Source: the human T2T-CHM13v2.0 reference genome, Homo sapiens
Length of the DNA stretch: 64,000 nucleotides
Assembly (NCBI RefSeq): GCF_009914755.1
Contig: NC_060930.1
Reading direction: 5' to 3' (one strand)
Part shown: positions 1 to 16,029 of the stretch, piece by piece
How positions within the stretch are numbered: the first letter of the stretch is position 1
How the letters are laid out: each line of letters begins with the position of its first letter
Notes under the pieces: generated by a model
Database searches by the model: none
What the model saw: the letters and a program-made list of their open reading frames with translations, nothing else
What the model was told of the DNA's origin: nothing
Program-made: the position numbers and the translations under genes

Positions 1-145
1 AGTGGCAACAGACTCAAAAGTAGCCTAAGGTCTACGTTTTGGGTGGTATGTCTAAATAATGCTGCATTGAAGCGTGGGATTAGGAAGAACCAAGGCCCCT
101 GGAATTAAAATGAATAGCAGTAATCCACTTTCATCGTTTGTTTCT

Positions 146-905
146 TACCCACAGTCAACCGCGATCTGAGATTACTACATGAAAAATTCCAGAAATAAAC
201 AATTCATAAGTTTTCAATTTCTCTGTTGTGAGCAGCATGATGAAATGTCGCCTCATGTGCTCCATCCCGCCTGGGAAGTAAACCATCTATTTGTCCAGCA
301 TATCCACGCTGTGTAGTAAGCCACCCACTAGTTAGTCAGTCAGTAGCCATCTGAGTTATCTGAGCTACTGTCCTCACGTTGCTTGTGTTCAAATAACCCT
401 TATATTACTCAATAAAGGCCCCAAAGTGCAAGAGTAGTGATGCTGGCAGTTTGGGTATGCCAAAGAGAAGCCCTAAAGTGCTACCTTTAAGTGAAAAGGG
501 GAAAGTTCTCTACTTAATAAGGAAACAGAAACAAATTCATATCAGAGGTTGCTAAGAGCTATGGTAAGAATAAATCTTCTATCCATGAAATTGTAAAGAG
601 AAAAGAAATTTGTGCTAGTTTTGCAGAAGTTACTGCTACAGTGTGTGATAAGTGCATAGTTAACATTTAAAAGACAGTAAATATGTGGGTGAAACACGTG
701 AACAGAACACTTAATCTACTTGAGGGCAACACGTTATACCAGAAAACACTGAGCCCATATGAAGACTTCATCAAGGGATCCTCTGAAATGATTGACACCA
801 ACCCATATATTGCAAGTAGGGGATGGTTACACAGATTCAGGAATAGGTTTGGACTGAAAAATATAAAAATTATTGGAGAGGCTACGTCTGCCAATGAAGA
901 AATCA
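146..905 (+). mobile_element. Tigger7/MER44-type (TcMar-Tigger) DNA transposon, 5' fragment with decayed CENP-B-type HTH transposase
   Basis: Recognisable 5' sequence (ttacccacagtcaaccgcg...aaaattccagaaataaacaattcataag). ORF 683-988 contains ASRGWLHRFRNRFGLKNIKIIGEATSA, the pogo/CENP-B HTH motif. Confidence 0.8.
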
Positions 906-1030
906 CATTTTACGAATCCAATGATTACACTCTAAAGAGTTCAGAAGAACATATTGCTAGATGTGTTATTCTACATTTATGCTATTAAATTTCAAATAGT
1001 AAATTTAACTTGACTGAAAAAGTTAACCTA

Positions 1031-1356
<326 letters not shown>

Positions 1357-1859
1357 CTACATACTCTGGATATGACTTACATTTGTGGTCATTATTAACA
1401 TAGTCATAGTAATAACCTTCTAAAGAGAAGTTGGAAGCCAGCATTTACAGGTGGAAAGAAAGCTGATGCAGCTTCATGAGTAAGGATGCAGTCAGCATCC
1501 AACAAAAGGCATTTGGGAACTGTACAAGCAGGAAGATCCATATTGTTTCAACACAAAAGAGTTCCAAAGAGCCGCGGTATTGTGAGTAATAACAATGTTG
1601 CTACCTTTTACTCATGGTAGGAAACATAGAATTAGCCAGAAACAGTGTGATTAACAATAAATAACATGAAGAGATAGTTTCTGGACTGAAAAGGATGAGT
1701 TGGTGCCAGAAAACTACGAAAAATGTTTCTGAGTATTGATTAGGCTGTAAACAAATATGTAAGTACCCATTATTCTAAATCTTTATTAATACACAACAAG
1801 ATCCTCACAGGATCCCCTAAATTTTGTAAAACATTTTTTAATCAAATTATATACTCGTT

Positions 1860-2008
1860 AGCCAGATGTGGTGGCTTTTGCCTGTAGTCCCAGCTAGTCA
1901 GGAGTCCAAGGTGGGAGAATCACTTGAACCCAAGAGGCAGAGGTTGCAGTGAGCCAAGATCCAGGCACTGCACTCCAGCCTGAGCGACAGAGTGATACGC
2001 TGTGTCAA
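1860..2008 (+). mobile_element. Alu right-arm fragment running into the AT-rich array
   Basis: ttagccagatgtggtgg...cactccagcctgagcgacagag. Confidence 0.9.
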
Positions 2009-5000
2009 ATATATACGTATATATTTATAAATATATTTATATATATATAATATTTTTATAGATATATATAATTTTTATATAATATTTATATAACTTTATA
2101 TTAATTTATATATAAATATATATTATATATTTATATTAATTTATATATAAATATATATTATATATTTATATTAATTTATATATAAATATATATTATATAT
2201 TTATATATAATATATATTTATATATTTAATATACATTTATATATATAATCTATATATTTATATATTTAATATACATTTATATATATATTTATATATTTAT
2301 ATATATTTATATATTTATATATATTTATATATCTATATATATTTATGTATATATTCATATATTTATATATATTTATATATAAAGATTCATATAAAAATAT
2401 TTATATCTATATATTTATATATAAAGAGTCATATATAAATCTTTATATTTTTATATATTTATATATAAAGATTCATATATAAATCATTATATTTTTATAT
2501 ATTTATATATAAAGATTCATATATAAATATATTTATATATAAAGATTCATATATAAATATATTTATATATAAAGATTCATATATAAATATATTTATATAT
2601 AAAGATTCATATATAAATATATTTATATATAAAGATTCATATATAAATATATTTATATATAAAGATTCATATATAAATATATTTATATATAAAGATTCAT
2701 ATATAAATATATTTATATATAAAGATTCATATATAAATATATTTATATATAAAGGTTCATATATAAATATATTTATATATAAAGGTTCATATATAAATAT
2801 ATTTATATATAAAGGTTCATATATAAATATATTTATATATAAAGGTTCATATATAAATATATTTATATATAAAGGTTCATATATAAATATATTTATATAT
2901 AAAGGTTCATATATAAATATATTTATATATAAAGGTTCATATATAAATATATTTATATAAATTTATATATAAAGATTTATATTTATATTTATTTATATAT
3001 AAGGATTTATATTTATATTTATTTATATATATTTATATATTTATGTATTTATATTTATATATATTTAAATATTTATATATATTTATATATTAATATATAA
3101 ATATATATTTATATTTATATATATTTATATATGTATATATAAATATATATTTATATATATATTATATATAAATATATATTTATATATTTATATATATTTA
3201 TATATTTCTATATATATAAATATATATTTATATTTATAAATATATATTTATATATTTATATTTATATATATTTATATATTTATATATATTTATATATTTA
3301 TATATATTTATATATTTATATTTATAAATATATATTATATATTTATATATATATTTATATACTTATATTTATAAATATATATTATATATTTATATTTATA
3401 AATATAATTATATATTTATATAGATTTATATTTATAAATGTATATTATATGTATATGTATTTATATTTATAAATATATATTATATATTTATATACATTTA
3501 TATATATAAATATATATTACATATTTATATATATTTATATATATAAATATATATTACATATTTATATATATTTATATTTATAAATATATATTACATATTT
3601 ATATATATTTATATTTATAAATATATATTATATATTTATATATATTTATATTTATAAATATATATTATATATTTATATATATTTATATTTATAAATATAA
3701 TTATATATTTATATATATTTATATTTATAAATATAATTATATATTTATATATATTTATATTTATAAATATAATTATATATTTATATATATTTATATTTAT
3801 AAATATAATTATATATTTATATATATTTATATTTATAAATATAATTATATATTTATATATATTTATATTTATAAATATAATTATATATTTATATATATTT
3901 ATATTTATAAATATATATTATATATTTATATATATTTATATATATAAATATATATTATATATTTATATATATTTATATATATTTATATATATAAATATAT
4001 ATTATATATTTATATATATTTATATATATAAATATATATTATATATTTATATATATTTATATTTATAAATATATATTATATATTTATATATATTTATATT
4101 TATAAATATATATTATATATTTATATATAAATATATATAAATATATATTATATATTTATATATATTTATATATAAATATATATTATATATTTATATATAT
4201 TTATATTTATAAATATAATTATATATTTATATATATTTATATTTATAAATATAATTATATATTTATATATATTTATATTTATAAATATATATTATATATT
4301 TATATATATTTATATTTATAAATATATATTATATATTTATATATATTTATATATATAAATATATATTATATATTTATATATATTTATATATATTTCTATT
4401 TATAAATATATATTATATATTTATATATATTTATATTTATAAATATATATTATATATTTATATATATTTATATATATTTATATTTATAAATATATATTAT
4501 ATATTTATATATATTTATATATATTTATATTTATAAATATATATTATATATTTATATATATTTCTATTTATAAATATATATTATATATTTATATATATTT
4601 ATATTTATAAATATATATTATATATGTATATATATTTATATTTATAAATATATATTATATATGTATATCTATTTATATTTATAAATATATATTATATATG
4701 TATATCTATTTATATTTATAAATATATATTATATATGTATATATATTTATATTTATAAATATATATCATATATGTATATATATTTATATTTATAAATATA
4801 TATCATATATGATATATATTTATAAATATATATCATATATGATATATATTTATATTTATAAATATAGATTATATATGATATATATTTATATTTATAAATA
4901 TATATTATATATGTATATATATTTATATTTATAAATATATATATTATATATATTTATATATTTATAAATATATGTATTATATATATTTATATATTTATAG

Positions 5001-5892
5001 ACATATATATTATATATATTTATAGACATATATATTATATATATTTATATTTATAGACATATATATTATATATATTTATATTTATAGACATATATATTAT
5101 ATATTTATATTTATAGACATATATATTATATATATTTATATTTATAGACATATATATTATATATATTTATATTTATAGACATATATTATATATATTTATA
5201 TTTATAGACATATATAATATATATTTATATTTATAGACATATATATTATATATATTTATATTTATAGACATATATATTATATATATTTATATTTATAGAC
5301 ATATATATTATATATATTTATATTTATAGACATATATATTATATATATTTATATTTATAGACATATATATTATATATATTTATATTTATAGACATATATA
5401 TTATATATATTTATATTTATAGACATATATATTATATATATTTATATTTATAGACATATATATTATATATATTTATATTTATAGACATATATATTATATA
5501 TATTTATATTTATAGACATATATATTATATATATTTATATTTATAGACATATATATTATATATATTTATATTTATAGACATATATATTATATATATTTAT
5601 ATTTATAGACATATATATTATATATATTTATATTTATAGACATATATATTATATATATTTATATTTATAAATATATATATTATATATATTTATATATAAT
5701 ATATATATTATATATTTATATATAATATATATATTATATATATTTATATATAATATATTAATATATTATATATAAATGTATGTTATTCACATTATATAAA
5801 TAAAAATATATATATTAATTATTCACTTTATATATATATAAATATATATATTATTCACATTATATATATATAAATATATATATATTATTCAC
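2009..5892. repeat. ~3.9 kb AT-rich compound minisatellite / interrupted (TA)n array
   Basis: Almost only A/T. 14 exact 30-bp units at 2521-2940; ~30-32-bp units ending tttataaat in the middle; a tttatagacat variant at ~4995-5665. Confidence 0.98.
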
Positions 5893-6158
5893 ATGGACAG
5901 GGGCCCCACAAAAAACAAATATGTTTGTCTGGGTTACTCAACATCCTAGGGGTGGCTCTGCCCCATTTTTATTCTGTGAGTCTTGGCAGCATCCAAACAA
6001 CTGTCATCACGAAAGAAGGAGGATAGAAATTAGTAACAGATCTGATTTACACAGGTTCTTTTGACATCAAGATGTACTATCACAATAATGAGGATATTCA
6101 GTTTGTCTTCTATTTTTCCCTATTATTGAAGAAAAGGAGAAATAGAAGAGGCTCATGA

Positions 6159-6775
<617 letters not shown>

Positions 6776-7180
6776 TTACTTCTCATTATTTCTAGTGCAA
6801 ATTTTAGACTTTTACATTTACAACTAACTTTGGATTTACAGAAAGGTTACAAAACAAATACAGAGTTTTTATATTTCCCACCTAGATTCTTCTAATCTTT
6901 TTATACTTTTTGTATACATAGTGGTTATCTTTTATCGGGCATTAATTATCAATTAGAATATGAAAGGATTAAGCAAAAATCATGTTCCTCAAGGAGAGGT
7001 GCCAGGTTCCTCAAGGAGAGGCGCCAGGACAAAGAAGGCCATAGTCAGGAATGCAGGGTACTCCCTCTACACAGGCTTTTTTTTTCCTCCCCAGTGATAT
7101 TTTCATAGCTATTCATGTTTCATCTCCTCGTAAGAATGAGAGAAGCTGAAAAACACGTAAGCTGCCACCACCGTAGAAAC

Positions 7181-7560
7181 CCCGTCAAGTGGAACACGTG
7201 TTCTGTTCACGTATTTCACCCACAAATTTAGTGCCTTTTCCATGCACTTATCACACACTGTAGCAGTAGCTTTCGCAAAACTAACAAGAATTTATTTTCC
7301 CTTCTTTACAATTTCACGGAAAGAGGATTTATTCTTACCATAGCTCTTAGCAACCTCGGATACGAATTATTTTTCTCTTTTCTTATTTAGTAGAGAACTT
7401 TCCCCTTCTTTACAATTTCAACGATAGATTTATTCTTACCATAGCTCTTAGCAACGTCGGATACGAATTTTTTCTCTTTCCGTATTAAGTAGAGAACTTT
7501 CCCCTTTTCACTTACAGGCAGCACTTTATGGCTTCTCTTTGGCATACCCAAACTGTCTGC
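7181..7560 (-). mobile_element. Second Tigger7/MER44 fragment, inverted, with internal ~100-bp tandem duplication
   Basis: Reverse complement aligns to ~445-725; units 7302-7405 and 7406-7504 are duplicates. Confidence 0.8.
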
Positions 7561-8652
7561 TGTCTTCCTCTAATCTTAATATCTATGTGAACACAGTGTG
7601 ATGATCAAAACCAGGAAAGCATCAATGAATATATGAGAAGGTGGAAGAACAGAGCATTTTCTCATTGATCATCCTACTAGTCTCCTCCCTTCACCTCAAT
7701 CTTCACAGTACCTGCCATCAAAAGTTTGGTCTAACAATGCAAACAGATGGCCGTAGATAACAGCAATTTCTAGGTGAGTGGGTGGATGGACATTGGACAA
7801 CAGAACAATGGCTTTCAATGAACTACAATACTGCCAAGAATAATAGGTGAAAAAATAAACAAGTCTGCATTAAATGAATTAGATAACCTACCATGCCAAA
7901 ATATTTTATCCTATCCAGTTCTCTGTATTTCTTCACTCATCTCATTTTTTCTTCTTTTTGAATAGATAAATGAAATATTTTCTGCAAACATCCATTATCA
8001 TCAGAAGACACCCCATGTGGAAGAAGCAAATTATTTTTGTGTTAAAATGGATATTATCAACTGCAAAGAAAAAGGTGAATATTTCACAAGTGAGCCAGAA
8101 CATTTACAGTGTAAACAAGAGCAGTTGCTACCTTTGCTTTTTTTTTCCCACTTCTTCAATATGATCACCATGCTTTTCATTACCCTGCTACTCAGTATTT
8201 CTAGTCAACTGACTGATATTTTTAAAGGTTTTCAAAGGTATGAATATGAATACACTTTTTTTATATTGAATTAGCCAGAGGAAAGCAATTTCTATCTGCC
8301 AACTTTACTTTTTTCTTTTCACCTGGCAGCCTCTCTTCACATTCTAGCCCCAAGAAGGAAATTCCATTTCTTTACTCAATGGCTGCATTCTTAGATCTTG
8401 TTTTAAATATCTTTGGTTAATGAGTTCTAAAGCAAGGAGTATGAGAAAACTGGTGCAAAACCTCCACTAACTTATATGAGTTCGGAAGTTTGTTTCTTTG
8501 TCTCTGATTTTTAAGAGCTTTAATAAAATAAAATCAACCTGAGACACATTCATACTACAAATCCTGAAAACAGGATTTGTGGAGGGCAAGATCTGCCCTT
8601 TCCTCACCAACCTCTTGGCAAATCTTCAGCAAACATTATATAAGACCGCACT

Positions 8653-9324
<672 letters not shown>

Positions 9325-10337
9325 CTAGAATTATTGACTGAAGGATTGGATGAGAACTGAGAACTGTTCAACATAGAAGACAACATGTCTTCCTATGAGT
9401 GATACTGACATTGTCAAAGAGAAAATGAATCCAAAAGTCACTCTTTTTCAAACTGTCTTTTGAATTCAGGATTTTTGTCTCTAAAGAAAATATCTGGAGC
9501 AAGTGCTTTGGAGGAAATCTATCTGGCTTTGAAACCTGTCCTGCTACATGTTGGCTGTGAGCTATGTGGCCAATTATTTCACCTCTGAAAAAGTTGGTTT
9601 ATCAAAGGAGTGATGTGCTCATTTAATGCAACCCGTTGTTATGACATTATCCACGTGTTATCTCCAGCTACCTCAAGCATTCAGGGTCATATTGACCACA
9701 GTCAGAACTCGACCTTGGATTCTATAAGAAGGATTCAAAGTTGCCCTTGAGAAGCCTTCAAAATTCAAACTTCCCTACACCTGGTAGTAAATGTACCTCA
9801 TTTACTACCTTCAAAATTCAGTGCCTTCAAAATTCAGTGCCTTCAAAATTCAAACTTCCCTGCACCTGGTAGTAAATGTACCTCAACTATCACTCACCTG
9901 GAGAAGACATTATGATTCAGTTTAAGAGCACTAAATCTTGGATTTGGGAAAAACTATAAAACCAATAAAAGCCTATAAAACAAAATAAAACAAAAAAATG
10001 GAAATGCCCATTTCCAATTTCTCTAGTTTAGGGAGGAAAGCAATATACAGCCCCTATAATGAAGAAAAGAAGATGTTCAGGTAATGTCAATTAAATGAAA
10101 GCTCATCTGTACTAAAAACATGAGACACATTTCTGTTTCCTCAGCTTTTGTCTGCCATACTCTGGAAGCCTTAGAAGTGGATGATCAGTGCTTGATGTGT
10201 GCTACAGAAGAAGGAGCTGTCCCCAAGTCTCCCTGCTAATCCAAGTAACGAAGCCAGGGAAGAAAGCAAGAAAGAAAGGGGAAAGAGAGAGAGTGTACTA
10301 CATTTGCCCTATTTCAAGAGTTTGTAGTTTCTTACAT

Positions 10338-10643
10338 CTTTTTTTCTTTTTTTTTTTTTTTGAAACGGAGTTTCGCTTTTGTTGCCCAGACTGGAGTGCA
10401 ATGGCATGATCTTGGCTCACCGCAACCTCCGTCTCCCGGGGTTCAAGCGATTCTCCTGCCTCAGCCTCCCAAGTAGCTGGGATTACAGGCATGTGCCACC
10501 ACCCCGGCTAATTTTGTGTTTTTAGTAGAGATGGGGTTTCCCCATGTTGGTCAGGCTGGTCTTGAACTCCCGAGCTCAGGTGATCCGCTCGCCTCAGCCT
10601 CCCAAAGTGCTGGGATTACAAGCGTGAGCCACCGCGCCCGGCT
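10338..10643 (-). mobile_element. Alu (AluSp/Sq-like)
   Basis: Antisense dimer; TSD tttctt(a/g)catctt. Confidence 0.95.
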
Positions 10644-11269
10644 GGTTTCTTGCATCTTATAGCCCACCAATCTTTTAGGCAACATTGAAAGTCACACAAA
10701 ATGACCCTAGACTTTTGTGTAAATGAACTCACAATAAACTTATTGGGGTCCCACTCTAGCCAAAATACATGGAGTTTTAGATATTTAATCCAAGTGTCTG
10801 ATTGACCTGTTTTGGCCACTGGGCTCTCAGTTTAAACTTAAGTTTGGAAGCCCCAAGTTCCACAACAGATAACACATTCTTTTCACCCTCAGAGAAAAAG
10901 TTAGGGGTACTCTCGCCTTGGCCACCTCTTCACTCACTCACCTCTTTAGTAATTCAGTTAATTTTTTGGTCGAGGATCAAGTTGCTAAAACTTCTTTTAG
11001 ATCAATAAATGAGATAGAGAAACTGCACATTGGAAAGCATGCATAGAGTTTAATTTTTGTTTTTGACAAAGTAGCCACTGATATTGGTGGCTTCAAAGAA
11101 AACAGAAGGAAAGCCACTCCCTGACTCCATTGTGGCTGTGGTGGAACCTATTTGAATGAGAAGGAGGATCTGTTGGCAGTTTTGAGCTTGGGTACCTCAG
11201 TTTTGGCTAGGAGTGACTACTAGCACACTGGCTCATAAGGCAAGGGAAAGCATTAAAAAATATAGGTTA

Positions 11270-11552
11270 GGGCTCACACCCATAATCCCAGCACTTTGGG
11301 AGGCCGAGGCGGGTGGCTCACCTGTCAGGAGTTTGAGACCATCATGGCCAACATGGTGAAACCCCATCTCTACTAAAAATACAAAAATTACCCAGGAGTG
11401 GTGGTGGGCACCTGTAATCCAAGCTACTCAGGAGGCTGAAGCAGGGAGAATTGCTTGAATCTGGGAGGGGGAGGTTGCAGTGAGCCGAGGTCATGCCACT
11501 GCACTCCAGCCTGGGTGACAGAGCGAGGCTCTGTCTCAAAAATAAATAAATA
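11270..11552 (+). mobile_element. Alu (AluS-like)
   Basis: Dimeric Alu with (taaa)n tail. Confidence 0.93.
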
Positions 11553-12493
11553 GAATAATTTTTAAATATATATATGTGTATGTATGTTATATATACACAT
11601 ATTTAAAAAAATATATGTTAGGATGGTAACCAAATATTTTTTAATTGAAGAGATTTTGAAAATCAAAATGTCTTTAACCCTGAATAATTTGTTAGAAAAT
11701 TAAACTTTCAATTTGATGGTCCAGTGTTTGAGCTCCTTTTCAGATCCTGATAATGTTTTTTGTTTCCCTTACTCAGTTCTAATAGAATCCTAGTAAAACC
11801 CAGCTTTCTCCTGGATAAACTTGTCTATGTTTCATTCTCCTTGCGTGTGTTATTTTGGCTCAGCAGAAGTAAGAAAAGCCAGTGTAACTGTATGACTTGA
11901 GGCTGTCTATTCTGTTCTACTGTAGGGGAGATCATCTATTTGCAGTTCTTTTGTATCTAGAATGTAGTTATAAGGTCAAACTACCGTGTAAAACATTTAC
12001 CTGGATTGGTTCTCTTTTTAAATTCCGATATTATTCATTTGAAATGATTTTATTTTTTTCAATTTGTTTTCAAATTTAAAGTACTTTTTCTCTATAGTTG
12101 CTAGTTTTGTTTTTAAATTTGACTGTGTAAACCATTAACATGATTCTAAGAAACAAAACTATACAGAGAAGTATCACTCAAGAGAAATTTTCAAGCTGCT
12201 GGAGATTGTTACATCATGGGACCCTCTCAGGTGGAGGAATGGAAGTGCCCTTCAGGCCTCTTCTTGGGAACCAAATTTGGGGTGGGCTGACAAGACTGGA
12301 ATGGTAATATTTTTGTGTAGCATCAAATTACTCTTCTCCTGATGTACCTGTAAGATAGAAAGAAAAACCTAGAGGTTTCAGAAATAGAGTCATACATAAG
12401 GGATCTTTGTATTAAATTTCAGATTCTCAAAACTCACAAGCAAAGAGAAAGATTAAATTATAATGTTTAGAACAAAAAAAAGGCTATTGCAAC

Positions 12494-12565
12494 GGGGGTG
12501 TAGCTCAGTGGTAGAGCGCGTGCTTAGCATGCACGAGGCCCCGGGTTCAATCCCCGGCACCTCCA
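12494..12565 (+). tRNA. tRNA-Ala(AGC)
   Basis: GGGGGTGTAGCTCAGTGGTAGAGCGCGTGCTTAGCATGCACGAGGCCCCGGGTTCAATCCCCGGCACCTCCA: complete cloverleaf, G3:U70, intact A and B boxes. Confidence 0.97.
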
Positions 12566-12717
12566 GTAGTTGATACCACGTTGTGTATCACCACCAATGA
12601 AGACGGCGGGTTTCATTGCCACGAGTCTCGGATTTTCCTGGGGTTTTCAAAACCATCTTGATTTACCAGAAGATAATCTGTGCTACTATCCTATCCTAAA
12701 AAAATGTGCTATGTAAC

Positions 12718-13080
12718 ATTTTTTATTTGTATTTAAAATTTTAAATTGACAAGTAAAATTACGTTTTTATTATCTACGACATACTATTTTGAGATACATA
12801 TCTCATATGATAAAAACAATTTTACTTGTCAATTTAAAATTTAAAATACAAATAAAAAATAAAATGTTACACGCATGCATTGTGGAGTAGCTAAATCGAG
12901 CTAATTACCATATGCATTACCTCACATAGTTATCATTTTTGTAGTGACAACACTTTAAAATCTCTTCATGTTTCAATACATTGTATTGTTTTTACCTATA
13001 GTCATCATGTTGTACAATAGATTTCTTGCACTTCTTCTAACTGTAATTTTGTATTCTTTTACCAACATCTTCCCAAGGCT
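12718..13080 (-). mobile_element. Old L1 (L1M-type) 3' end fragment
   Basis: attgtggagtagctaaatcgagctaattaccatatgcattacctcacat...catgttgtacaatagat is typical antisense L1MA 3' UTR. Confidence 0.75.
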
Positions 13081-13302
13081 TCCCCGACCCTACCAAAGTT
13101 ACTTGTTGACATTTTTGTTACTCACTTACTCTCTCTAGCCACTCTGAGCAATCACTGCTATGTTGGCTACAGTCTTATACTTCACAAAAATTTAGTGGGA
13201 AAAATTAAAGTTCTGAGGGCAGAAAAATCACCTTAACTTGAAAAGGATCTCCTTAGACACTTAACCACACTTCCACCTCATCTTTCATGCACCTCAGACT
13301 AG

Positions 13303-13686
<384 letters not shown>

Positions 13687-14499
13687 AAGGCTGGAGCATT
13701 TTTAAAAAGTCAGCCTGCTCGCGTACTTTGGAAAAAGCAGCATCCTGTGGGATGAAGAACCCAGTAATGAAAAGCAAGACTTCGTTACACAATGTGTGGA
13801 GCCCAAAGTCCTGTGAACCGCACTGGTCACAGACCCATGAAGCTGGCCCTGATGACAGGTGTAGAAGAGATCATCCCCAACAAAGAAACAAGCCGTTTTC
13901 TTGTTTCTTTACCTTCTCCTAAGAGATAGAAAAATAGGTGTTCAACAATGCCAGTTTTGAACTGAGGAAGCAGGAGATGCTTATTCACCACAAAGACTTG
14001 CTACCCTGTCCTGCCCGGTTTGAATCCTGAAGTGAAAGAAGTGAGAGTGCAGAAAAACTCCTTTGTCTTCTACCAGTGCTGAGCTCAGACTCTGGGTATT
14101 GTTGAGAGAGCATCCCCTTTTGAAAAGGCTGCAAAAAAAGAAATGGAGTGGAAGTCCTAAGCATTTATGGAGACATCAGAGGAGGGCACAGACACATCAC
14201 CACATGAACAGGTGTCACAGACACACCATCACATGAACAGGGGGTGCAGACACACCCTCTGCACTGAGTTAGGACAATCGCCTTATGTTTGTGGGATATT
14301 TCTACATTTTCCCTCCCAGTAGTCTAAATTTGTAGTCCTAATAATAACTTTGATGAATCAACATAAATTTGATCACACAATCCAGTTTATGACAGAAAAT
14401 AGTTTTTGTGTTTCACTTAAACCAGGAGAAAATATTATAGAGGGAGACCTAAATGCATAAGGCAAGAGGTTTGAAGGAAAGATAAAGGCTATTGTATCT

Positions 14500-14830
14500 G
14501 TTGAATAAAATATCTAGGAGGCCATTGATTTGGACTGGCCTCCTCCACTAAGCCTAACAGATCAAACTAATATGGAGTTGAATTACAGTAGCTGAGCTTT
14601 AATTACTTGCTGGAGGCTCTGTAACCAATTAACAAAGTAAGCTGTAACCAATGAGGTTGTCTCCACTGTACTTCTGTTTCCCACATATGCTGTTAGGCCA
14701 TGTTATTGGTTGGCATTCTCTGAAACTGCTCTGGTTTGTAGGGTTGCCTGATTCTTCAATCGTTTTTGTTTTGTTTTGCTATGTTTCATTTTGTTGTTCT
14801 TTGCTCAAATAAGCCCAGTTAAAATTTAAA
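14500..14830 (+). mobile_element. Probable ERV1-class LTR remnant
   Basis: aggaggccattgatttggactgg...aatatggagt, repeated taaccaat motifs and a gctcaaataa-type end; family not resolved. Confidence 0.45.
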
Positions 14831-15021
14831 CTTGTCTAAGGATATTTCCATGAAACATGAGAAAAGGACATTGGTCACAGAAAAGATGATTGGTCTGGTT
14901 TGTGTTAATTTAGTGCTTGTTGCAAATAATTCGCCACTTTTTAGAAGAAACCAAGTGGTCACATAAAGTCAGAGGCCACTGCAAATGTTTCATTAAAGGA
15001 GTTTAGGAAACCTACATCTCA

Positions 15022-15337
<316 letters not shown>

Positions 15338-16029
15338 TCACAAATTTGGACAACTTTGAGTCACAAAAAGTCACCAGCTGTTCTGTGAACTAAATTACAC
15401 AAGCTCTAGAACACATGCTCCATCCAAAGTAAGTGGGAATTGTCTTTTCCATGCAAAAAGTGCCACACCAAGCCATTCCATGCCACCAGCTTTATGTAGC
15501 ATCAAAATTACATTTTCCACAGAAAACACTCCTTCCACTTTCCCAGAAAGACCATCCACCCTAATGTCTGGTAATTCAGCCAAGCACATATTATAGGAGC
15601 ATGTTCCTGAAATCTACAGCATAAATGAATTGTATTAAAGACTTCTCCCCTCTCTAGTAGAGACGTCAGTTGCTGCTTACAGGTCCTTTTGGAGTGAATG
15701 CTGTTGTCATTCCCCTGAGACTCAAGCCTGCCAAATAAACCAGACTCTCTCTCTTCTGTTCCTATCATCTCCCATTGTCATTTTCTTTTTTTTCACTGCA
15801 GATTCAATCTCTGGATCTTCTCCACCCCAAGTGCTGTCATTATCATCAAATGACTTAGGCAGGGTTTTTGTGCTCTATTTTGAATATATATTTGTGTGTG
15901 TACATATATTTAAAATTGCTTACATATCTATATAAAAAATGGCTTATATACACCTATTATTATAGATTATAATAATGTATGTATATAAATAATATAAACA
16001 ATATATTGTATGTTTTATATACATATTTA

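Noticed and set aside
683-988. 101-aa ORF as a domesticated TIGD/CENP-B-like gene
   Set aside because: Only an internal fragment of a frameshifted Tigger copy; no DDE domain, and homology ends near 905.
2521-2940. Exact 30-bp repeats with internal palindrome, superficially CRISPR-like
   Set aside because: Units are head-to-tail with no unique spacers, no cas genes, and the context is primate DNA.
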